This document shows, one piece after another, positions 13,053 through 23,313 of a DNA stretch of 64,000 bases. The notes under the pieces were generated by a model. That model saw only the letters and a list, made by a program, of their open reading frames with translations, was not told where the DNA came from and ran no database searches. Made by a program: the position numbers and the translations under genes. This DNA comes from Schizochytrium sp. TIO01 (Eukaryota; Protista; Bigyra: Labyrinthulomycetes), in contig SMSO01000014.1 in NCBI GenBank assembly GCA_004764695.1, positions 4,970,845 through 5,034,844 on the forward strand, in the 5' to 3' direction. Numbering within the stretch: the stretch's first letter is position 1; each line of letters opens with the position of its first letter.

Positions 13053-14135
13053 TTACTTGCCATAAATTTTGTTTGCGTAAAGCTCGGGGTTTGTCAATGG
13101 ACCAAATCCAAGGATAAACACAAGGATACCAAAGACATAAGCTGATATGATTGAGTTGCGATGAATGTGGTTCGGGTGTGATTTATCCAAAAAGCCAAAT
13201 GGTGGTAAGCCCATAAGATTACACCAGCTGTGAATAAGGAAGACAGAAACAAGATGTCCAGTACGAAGGAAAAACATCATCTCAAGGGCACCGAAAAGAC
13301 TTGTATAAGTCATCTGAACAAGAGAGACTAGCATTGCCTGCTTGGCAGGCGTTCCTCGCATGATCATTCCGATACAATGATGCAGATGCGCTAGGCCAAA
13401 AAACAATGGAGAGACCCTGATTATCGAAGAGTGACTCCATTTTGCAGCGTGAAGCAGTGCCGCCATACAACCCCGAAAAACAAGCTCTTCAGCAAATGGC
13501 GCAGCGATTAGATTGCGTATCTGTTGTAGCGGTGAACTCGGACAATTAGGAAAGAAATTGCTTAAACTGAAGCCATCCACTTGGCCAGCAGCTTTCTCGC
13601 GTTGGTAGCTCAGATGCATGTCAAGAAGCGGTCCTGTGAAGAGAATAATAATTAAGCAAAGTGGTAGACTCACTGCACGCAGGAAGCCGTCACTGCGCAC
13701 TCCAATCCACTCTAGCAAGCTTGGGCCATTGCCAAGTTGGAGATCTGAAGAAGTCTTCCACAACAACAGCAAAAGCGGCGACACGATGCATGTTACAGCT
13801 GTAGATCGAAACCGCCAGCTGATCTGTACGTCGTCATCATGAGCACGCCTCCGCACAGACGCAGGGGCTAAATATAGACTGTTTAATAGAATAGGGACCG
13901 CAATACAACATGTTTTGTCAAGTGAGTTAGTGTCGTTCTCATTGTTAATTTTGATGTTGTTATTTTGTTGGTATGAATTGCCCAACAATTATGATAAAAA
14001 TTTGTAGGGTCTATGTAAGGTCTATAATTCGTATTTGCTTAACCTATTTCCCGTTAAAACCTACCTCCCCACAAAAAGCGAAGCCAACCCTGCGCAGCCC
14101 AACAGAGCACTGCTTGAGCTGGCCGTGAGCCACAT
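13053..14135 (-). CDS. RCE1: CAAX prenyl protease 2 (Rce1/CPBP family), two exons
   Basis: Catalytic motifs EELVFRG, FFGLAHLHH and HSWCN. Exon 1 14135-14065 (MWLTASSSSALLGCAGLASLFVG), phase-2 intron 14064-13879 (GTAGGT...AAACAG), exon 2 13878-13053. Splicing restores the conserved FVGSLYL motif and gives 298 aa. Confidence 0.92.
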
Positions 14136-15241
14136 CCTCGTGCCTAGTTTAGAGAACAGAGATGCCCTCGCTCGAAGTTCCCCAGGATCCTTAACTTAGA
14201 ACCCCAGTAGACAGAGCGAGCGAGCGAGCGAGCAAACTCTGCTCAACACAGCCAAGCAAAGGCAGGAAAGGCCTCTATGCGCCAGCGAATGTGTTGGCAG
14301 GCAACAGGTAGTGAGTTTGAGTTATTCTAATCGACCTCTTCTCAACCTTAAAAGGAGTTATTATATAGTACTATTGATATCTTAGAGCTTCAGAAAGTAA
14401 ATTAATCATCCCATGCGGTTCTTTCTATCTATCTATCTATCTATATATCTATCTATCTATATATATATAGTATATATATAGTTTTCAAACATTCGTTGGA
14501 TAACCTAAAATCCTCCGCTCAAAGATCATGCTCTATGTGCTTGTTTAAGTATCATGCACCTTAGCAAGAAAATATTTAAAATGAGGGAAAGTCTAGGTAG
14601 TATCAAGTCTTAATTTCAAAGAGTTAGATTGGACGATCGACTTTTCATAGAGTAGAAAAAAGCAACATTTTGAAGACGTACACAACATTTAAAGGTTTAA
14701 CCCGGGTTCAACTTTCTGGAAGGATACTTATCACAGCAGTATGCTGGAAATGACAATTTTTGTTGCAAAAAGCATCTTGCAGAGACAATAGAGTAATACT
14801 CAGTAAAGTTCTTGTTGTTGTCCGCAATACACAAAGACAATGTGGCATGGCACAACTTTTTATCATGATATACTGAAATTATAGTTCCAAAATCAAAATG
14901 AGCGTTTCAATTTCCATAATTGATTAGTCGAAAGTCTAAGTTTTGAGTGTCATTTTTATCAGATAATCAGCCAAAAGATCGACATGAAAATGCCCTGCAC
15001 GTTTAAAATGGAAATCCTTAAAGAAGATTTTAAAACGGTAAGAGAACTTGAGTAGAAATTTGGTAAATGATTTAGAAATTTATTGCAAAAGGATATTGCG
15101 ATGCTAGGAAACTGTCAAGGGTGCCAAAGGGGTATCAATATTTAGGTTTAAAAAAAAAAAAAAAAAAAAAACTCTTTTGGACTATTATAGAGTAATCGAC
15201 TCAGTGTTTGTCCATAAGAAGACCCTACTTTATCTTTAAGG

Positions 15242-16384
15242 TCAGGCAACACAAGCAGATGATATCCTCTGCATCAAAATTGGATCTGGGTGCGGTAGGG
15301 CTTCAGCATTTTCAATAAGGATCTTGGTAGCTGCGATGGCGATTGGCATGTCACGTAGTACAGTTTCAGGAGGTACATTGTCCGGCGTATGCATAAGCGT
15401 TGGGGCAAAGACCACAGCTAGCGCTTGCGTAGTCATTTTGTTTACATTGGAGAGCTCACTAATGATGTAAAGAAGGTTAAGCACCATGGACAAGCACTGG
15501 CATTGGCGCGGAGGCAATGTAAGTGCAACATCGCATACCACTCGTGCTCGTCGTGCAGCTAGAATTTCATCTGCAAGAGCCTGCTGGGAAGGTGAAGTAG
15601 AATCATCAGTGCTTTCAATGGATGCCACACTGGAATTACCTGTATCTGAACGACGGTGGCGCGTGAAAAACGAAGGTATCATGCTCTTGTTGTTCGCGCC
15701 TTCCTCGAAACGTCTGATAGCTCGAAGGAATTTTTTGTAGACAGGAAACGGCACTAGTGGTTCGGGCATGTTGCGAATGCTTGATTTGAGTAATGTGGCA
15801 ACATCATGTACAGTGAGATCTGGGCAATTTTCGAGAATTCCTTCTTGCCCTTTTTCATAGGCTGCTATTAGAGCTTTGACACGATTGTTCTCACCAGGAA
15901 TGCGAAAAATACCAGGCATTTGAAGACCGTTTGCTTTAATGTAAAGAATGCATTCACAAAGTACGGGTGGTAGAAAGAAGTGATCTTGATGATTTTGGTG
16001 TTGCTGGATTTGCTGATGAACAAGGTGCAGCTGAGCAGCATGCCCAGTGCGATTGTCATTGCTTTCATTTTGCGAAGCAGCGCTATCAAATCGCCTGCTC
16101 ACTCGTTGGAAGAGGCGTAGCGAGCGGCGATTACTTGAGACGACAGATTTATTATCGTCAGCCAAGTCTTCGTCCTGGATCATTTCCTCATCAGAACTTT
16201 CATGCGTCTCTCCTGTTGTTGAAGCTCTTTTAGTACCTTGATGTCCGTTGCCCCAAAATGGGAGGCGGCTGGTGAAAATAGCAGATGCTTTGCGCTTTGG
16301 GATAGCCTTGCTGTTGTGATGAATGTTGCCGTGGCCGTCATCATGCAGGACGCTACTGCTGACAATGTCAAGCGGGTCTGACAT
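15242..16384 (-). CDS. RhoGAP-domain protein
   Basis: 'LPPVLCECILYIKANGLQMPGIFRIPG' (arginine finger), 'HDVATLLKSSIRNMPEPL', 'NKMTTQALAVVFAPTL'. A 5' exon at 16782-16616 is possible (see findings). Confidence 0.9.
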   Translation of the reverse strand: MSDPLDIVSSSVLHDDGHGNIHHNSKAIPKRKASAIFTSRLPFWGNGHQGTKRASTTGETHESSDEEMIQDEDLADDNKSVVSSNRRSLRLFQRVSRRFDSAASQNESNDNRTGHAAQLHLVHQQIQQHQNHQDHFFLPPVLCECILYIKANGLQMPGIFRIPGENNRVKALIAAYEKGQEGILENCPDLTVHDVATLLKSSIRNMPEPLVPFPVYKKFLRAIRRFEEGANNKSMIPSFFTRHRRSDTGNSSVASIESTDDSTSPSQQALADEILAARRARVVCDVALTLPPRQCQCLSMVLNLLYIISELSNVNKMTTQALAVVFAPTLMHTPDNVPPETVLRDMPIAIAATKILIENAEALPHPDPILMQRISSACVA

Positions 16385-19300
16385 GGAGAGCTCGCTATGC
16401 GAACCTTATTGCTTGTGAAGCTAGCTTCACGGCGTGTTGCCGCAATCCTTTGGGGGAATCAACGATCCCCTGCTCACCCGTTCGTAACCTGGGGAAACCA
16501 ATTCAACGAATGGGTCACGCCAAGCCCCAGGATACAGCAGACGGAGCTGCCTCACAGCACCTTCGAACTGGAAATGGATTCTCTGTAACTGACAATAAGC
16601 AAGGCCTTCCTTTACCTCGAATCAATGTTCGAGATATCAAACTTCTCTACGTTATCTATATCTGCTTCGGTATTGCATCTAAAGGTCGCATCGCTTCCGG
16701 GAGTTCCGATTGACCACCAGCAAGTTCCCATGTCCCATATTGGCGGTGATCCGGGACTGTGGGGCGCATTTTCATCACCCATGAAAGGTATCTCTGGGAG
16801 TCGGACCTCTTCACAGGGAGATGTGTAGCCTTCCGGCTCTGGGTGCCTCTAGGAGCTTCGAGCTGGCTTATTAAGATGGCCGTTGCGAAACGTGTCCGGC
16901 CTTGCTCCCGAGTGCATTTGCCCTTGGATCAATAGAACCACCCTAATATAATCAATTGATAATATACGTAAATTAATAAATTAATAATATTCTAATAAAT
17001 AAGCAAAGCAAGACCAAATATACTAAGAAAAGTCTGCACGCAGCTTTTCACTTTATGAGAGTAACATGCTATGCTGACAGCAGGCTAAGTTATATTCATG
17101 CCAGGCGAGCACATATGCTAACGCGAAATTTTTGCACGAAGATTAGACTTTGGTTACTTAATTGCGGATTGCGCTGGCTCGTGTTGTTTACTAAAAAATG
17201 TCCCGTCCGAGGCACCACGCCTTTGTAACTTTGTAAGGGCATGGTTCCAACAAAAGACTTCGGGAGTAACTTCATACTTGCCTAAAATCAATAGTCCAGG
17301 AAACGCCTGATATCCTAAGATGCGGACGATACTAAGTATCTAAGGGTGCTATATAAGCCGAATCAGATGGAAAGAGGGGAGTCAGCAGCGCGAGAAGAAT
17401 AGATATCGAGACCCACGCTACCTTAATGCCTCTTACTATTTTCCATAATTTAGAATACTTCTACATGTATATTCAGAACTCTCAATTTTCGGATTATGCC
17501 AAAAACACTTAGCAGGTCTTTGAGTTGTCGCTCGGCTGTTTACTATCATGCGCCTGTGACGAATCATTGGTAAATTTTAAGAAAAGGGAAAGTGATTGAC
17601 GGAATGACTATGCTGGTTGTGCGATTGCACTACAGATTCTTTCATAGGAAGAGGCCTCAATCTCTGGTTTTCCATTGCACTGCAAATTAAAAGGATCCCA
17701 GCATATAGAAAATTTGCCTTGCTGCTCCTTTCAGTGGATTGTGTGAGCAAGCGGACTGTTCCGTAGACCTTTGAGTTTTCACTGAAATCGATTCATTTTC
17801 AGTTGTTAGCGCTATAGCCCATTTTAAAAGGATATTTCCATTAAACTCCTTCGCTCATCACTATCATTCACTGGTCTTATCTCGTGAGTAACTCAAAGCT
17901 TGGAGCGAAGCCCGTCCAGCATATAGATAGTCCTAAATTAGCAAATATAGATGCTTTATTTGACTCTGTTCAAAACCCGAACCTTACTTTGACTAGAAGA
18001 ATATTTCTGTTGAATACAAATGATTAAGCTAAGAAAAAAGAGCTCGTTCATATGTTCAATGGTGGTTTCGATGTATCAATAAGGAGCTACTTTACAAACT
18101 GTAGCGGGTAAACATTTACCTGCCCAATCTACAATACTCAGTGAGTGGAATACAGCTGCACTTTATAAAGTATTCTAAAAAAACGTTGGTCGCCAGAGTA
18201 AGCGCGTGTGTCAAGGCGAGGATAAATATCCTCAAAACAAGCAGTGAAAATGCGCTCGTCGTGAGAATGTTAGGGAAAGCAGCAAAACGAGTTCTAGGTG
18301 TGCATTTTATAGGACACGCATGTATACTTGATTTCTGGCCCCTGGTCGTTTCAGAATATAATCAAAAATCATATAAGGCAATTAATTAACCTTGCATCTC
18401 TGTCAGGTTTTCCTTTAAAATGCTATCATACATAATTTGATACAAAAGACTGCCTTCATCTTCTATCTTCTATGTACTTGTTCTATATATTTGGTCAGAG
18501 CAAAAGAAGCTAATATACGTATCGTTCGATTGACGAAGCCAGCTTTGATAAAGGCAGTTTGTGAGAAAATGTTTGCCTCAATGCCAACGTTGAAATCTGT
18601 AGATGCGAGGAAGACAATATCGCATGTTGCCTTCATGATGCACTTTTATTGCTGACCTATTGACTGCATCCCAAAGACCAGACGGAGAACCATTCAAAGA
18701 AAGAGGTCTCATGATTCCCCGACAACTGGATGTCTTTCGTTTACCTGTTTGTATAGTCTGGCCACCTCAAAGCTATAGGGTTCTTTATGTTGATCGAAGT
18801 CTTTTTACAAAGAAAGAAACTTACGTTTGTATAAATTGATTCCTACAAGCCCAATCACGTCTTTGCAGTCGGAGTGACCTCAAATCCAATCTTGAAATCA
18901 CATACCTCAAGTTCTCCCCATATAAAAACATCTTTTGATTTATGATTCACAAATTGCACCGCACCAGTCAAGCCTTAGCGAGGCTTCTGGTTGCGTATCA
19001 CTAGTCCAGGTACCTTCTTATTTCCTTGGCTTCTAAAGAGCTAACAGCCATCTTTGCTTCAACTTGGATTTAGTGAGAGTGCATTAATTAATACCTGCGA
19101 ATTATCTCTTCGCTCTGCTAGTTAATTGTTGGTATCTAACCGTAACAGAACCAACACCCGTCACAAGAACACTATTAGACTCGTGTACTTCAATGCCCAT
19201 TGGCAGCAGTTAGATAGTTACAGCATTTGCGATGGCCATTTCTCATTTTCCCGAATAATCTTTTCCCAAACGATGCGCTTATCCCCATCGTCCACACCAA

Positions 19301-20562
19301 ACTGCACAGGTAAATAAATGCCCTCTATCTTCGCGGATCTTAACGAAGCGGGATGCGCCGTTCCTTTAGTCCACCCCACGGAAGAACAGAACGTAGGGCC
19401 CTGTAGCAGATAGTTCGCTCCCTCTGACCACACACTTATATGGAGTCCCTGGTTTAAAGCAGGGGCATATCTGGAACCCCTCGTGGGCCGCCGCAGGGAA
19501 TTTCCTCCTGGCCGGGAGCCTCCATTCTCTACTGTGGCAGCTCTATAGCGTACATTGCGCATTCGAATACTCCACTGTAGCCACAGTGGAGTATTCTGGG
19601 CCTACAGTGAAACTCTCCGCAGACAGGGCAGTTCGAGCGCCCCTATACTTGCCATGGGGCGCGCGTAGTGCCAGATTTCACGCGCATTACCGCATTTCAT
19701 TTCACCTTGGCCGACTGTTCCACCATTGCATCGCATCGACCAGGTGGTCTGGCGATCTCCCGAGAGGCGCGGGGACCGCCTCTGCTCCTGCTGCTTGCTC
19801 GATCCGCCCGTCCTCGCCCCGTGCTCTGGCACCGCGCCGCTCCGGCTGCAAGCGATGCGGAGGGCGCTGAAGGACTCGCTCGAGATAGATAGATAATGTG
19901 ATCGTTCCTTTCCTCATCATGAAATATATAGAAAATAAGACCGAGAGAAAGAGGCTAAGAGCCACTTACCGCTCGCTAGGAACCTGAAGGCACATGGTAA
20001 TGGGAAGAGATAGAGGCGCGAATCTTATTATGGATTACTATGGTCGATCGTCACTCGATTTGAAAGAAGAATACAAAAGTCGAGCAAACGAGAAACGAGG
20101 AGATCGAGGTTTGAAAGGGATCGACCGACCGATCGCTCGATCGATCACTCCTGCTCCGACGGGCGTTGGGCTGCGAGGAGGGGAGGGGCGAGCGTCTCCA
20201 GGCTTGGGTCGCTCGGGGCTCTTTCTTTCGCTTTGCAGGCCTTTGGGGGGACGGGACTGACTTGGCGAACACGGAGATTGAGACCTGGACTGATTCACAC
20301 AGAACTCACGCACCGGTGGAGGGCGGGAGACTGTCGTGCCAGGGCTCAGCTTTAAGGCGAGGACCTGCACAGCCTTTCGTTTCGACGCTCGTAGTCGATT
20401 GACTGCCTTTGCAACTTGGGTGTCAGTCACATTCAACGGACTGTTCGTACGATAAGCTCTCGAGAACAAAAAATATATCAGTACATACATATTATATAAG
20501 CCAGAGATTTCGAATCTTTGGCGTCGCATCTCTAGATTGGGCATTTCTAAGAAAGTTTCGAC

Positions 20563-21288
20563 ATGACGGACCGTAAGAGACAAGATCCTGAAGATGGCAT
20601 CGATGGAGCTGAGAATGGCGCAGAGCATGAAGCAAAACGACGCAATCTTGAGATGGAGGAGGCACAAAAAAAGCAAAAACTTGCGGAGCAGCTCGAGGCA
20701 TTTCACAAGACTGTTGCGCTAGACGTACCTGTATCATCAGTACTATCGCTGAGCGGACTTGTAGAGCAGGATATTGATGGCCTGACGGAGGTCCTAAGAG
20801 GCCTTGTGAACTTGGCCGAAGCACTCACAAGTGAAGGACGCCGTGAGGATATTCAGCGGTCTCTCCTGGACATTGTGGAGTTTCTTGTGGTTGCCAAAGA
20901 GAAACTCTGCACAGAAGATGCCACAAAACTACCTGCCTTGAGGAAATTAGTGTCACAATTCGAAACCTTGGTCAACAACGTGAAAGCCAAGATTGACTAC
21001 CGCGCTTTGTCTGTATTTATGGAGAACAAGATTGGAGACGCGGGCCTAGACAAGAACGGCCCGATTTGTTCTGAGTTTAATCTGATCAAGTCAAAGTTGT
21101 TTCGCTGTACGACTATGTCATGGGACGAACGCGAGAAAATGATTGACGATCTTCTCCATTCCGTTAACGAGAAACGCCGAGGATTTCTAGTAGAGGGACG
21201 TGCTGCGGTTCGTGGGTATCGTGATATGTCAGACCAGGAGCTTCGAGGCTGGTATACCCTTGCTACAGAGCTGGCTGGCGATGACTAG
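20563..21288 (+). CDS. Hypothetical alpha-helical protein with bipartite NLS-like N-terminus
   Basis: 241-aa ATG-to-TAG ORF with natural amino-acid composition, RKR...KRR basic clusters and a TATA-like TATATAA at about 20492. No family recognised. Confidence 0.7.
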   Translation: MTDRKRQDPEDGIDGAENGAEHEAKRRNLEMEEAQKKQKLAEQLEAFHKTVALDVPVSSVLSLSGLVEQDIDGLTEVLRGLVNLAEALTSEGRREDIQRSLLDIVEFLVVAKEKLCTEDATKLPALRKLVSQFETLVNNVKAKIDYRALSVFMENKIGDAGLDKNGPICSEFNLIKSKLFRCTTMSWDEREKMIDDLLHSVNEKRRGFLVEGRAAVRGYRDMSDQELRGWYTLATELAGDD

Positions 21289-23313
21289 TTTATTTCGCAA
21301 AGAGCGCACGTGTGCCATCTTTTTTTATCTCTACATACGTACATACATGCACTCTTTCTTCGTTTGTTTCTCGACATGCTCTCATATCTCACCTTCTCGT
21401 CACGTCATCATTGCTCCTATATAATCGGCAGGTACGCTACCAGGTTTATAAAGGAATAGGTATATTTAAACAAACTCGTCAACTTTTGCTCTTACACAGG
21501 AGCTGGTAGAGTCTCTCTCCGTCACTCAAAAGAGTCAATGTCGTGTGCATGCATACGTCTTGTTTCATTGTTGTATTGCTGACCACGACCACTGTAAGGG
21601 GTGATATTATTAATCGGCACTAGATATAGAGAGGGTTAGAACGAAGACCAGGTTTTTTTATGGCATCAGTTAGTCTACTGTTTGGTTCCATTGCCTCCAT
21701 TCGGTTGTTTCCTTTCTTATTCACTTGGATTCTTCTTTTTGTTTTTTCAATATAAAACCGAGCAGTCAAACTGATCAGCCTACTGTCAGTTGCCACAAGG
21801 TGCAGAATACAAACTAAGTTTTTCGAACTGAACAGCAAAACACCATTAGACGAATCGTTTGTCTTTTAAAAGTCCAACTAGTCTGAAGCATCACCAGCAC
21901 AGGCAGATGCATTCCCCTTTCCCTCTCCTTTCCCTCCTCAAACTACTACTACTCGTACTACATTATAGAATTAATCATTTATTCTTCTTATTCGGAAACA
22001 TAAATTCTCAGTAGTCTTGGTAAAACACTATCCAAGCGAGGTCTTGCCCGCAGAGTCACTGGAGTCGATTTCTGCGAGCGTCACTTTAAAAAAAAAGGTC
22101 TCTTCAAAGGATAAGGACCAGCGTCATCGCCCGGAACAAAGAATCGTCACGGGGAAACATAGAAAGTGTCCCTGTCAAAAAACAGAGATGGTCAAATGGG
22201 ACAGGGACGCTTCCTGGCTATTGAGCGTGAGTACTCACTCCATGGTGAGCTCTGGAACCGTTTTTAACAATGAACCTTCAACTATTTATGTATGTGGGGA
22301 TATAAGACACAAAAAAGGTCAGTGATGATTGACGGTGAAAGGTGCTGCTTGTATTCCCTTATTTACAGTGATTTAGCAGGTATCTGCCTTTTCTGTCATG
22401 GTTGTACATAAACGAATTACTACCTAGGCTACCAGTATTGATCCATCTAGTAATCATACGTAAAAACAGTTTGAAGTTAGGGAACATGTGGGCTTTAATT
22501 CCACCTTTCGGTGGGTGACGTTTGTTGCTGATGGTTTGGTCATTTCTGAGTTTTACGATAGGTTGAGATATGTGCTCGCGCTGCATTAGAACGCGTGATG
22601 TGCGGAAACGATGGCACGTGGCCAACACCAGCGACAAGAAGCCAGCAGATGATAATTTTAGACAAGGATGGCACAGAAGGAGGGATGCCTAGAAGGCAGT
22701 TGTTTTAACTGTTCAGCTTCTAACATAATTCTCACCATGCATGATAAAATTTAAGCAAGTAAACATATTTGAACCTAGCAAAGTATTTAAATGAAGAGAC
22801 CATCTCGGTAACATGGTTCAAGAACGGATGGGAGTGAGGGAAGTTTTGATGAATGTTGTGATTTATTAAGTAAAAAAAAATATAATTTTTTGTGGGGTGT
22901 GATATTTAATTTTGATCAAGAAGTCAAATTATATGAAGGTACACTACAGACAGGGAAGGGAATGCGAGGGGATCGGCGAACCGTCTTCTTGGACTTTTTG
23001 TATGTAAGTGTATGCCAGTCAATGAATGATGAGCAGGAAGCACGAATAATGCATCAACAAACGACCTAGAATGATTCCAACAACAATAACATCAACTTTT
23101 TGATGGTGAATGGGTCTCTTCTTGTATTAGTCTGTTTGTCTTGTTTTGATGATGCATTGTATGTGCGTTTGTGCATGAAGATGTCTCTGCTATTCATTTC
23201 AGTTGCAAAACGCCCTTAAAAGTACAAAAGGAGAAGAAAACGGTGCAGGACGCGCCAATATGAGTGATGTAACTCGCGCACACTCAATAACCTAAAGGGA
23301 ACATAGCATGCAT

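Noticed and set aside
13879-13988. Asn-rich N-terminus of the RCE1 track ORF
   Set aside because: Lies inside the inferred intron; the true start is in exon 1 at 14135.
15149-15171. Poly-A tract as a retroposon tail
   Set aside because: No target-site duplication or element body recognised; homopolymers are common in this window.
19531-19590. ACTGTGGC matches to the yeast Met31/32 sulfur-regulon site
   Set aside because: Fungal-specific factor, and the sites lie about 3.7 kb past the 3' end of the reductase rather than in its promoter.
19126-21620. LTR retrotransposon starting at TGTTGG (19127)
   Set aside because: No second LTR, primer-binding site or gag/pol motifs found.
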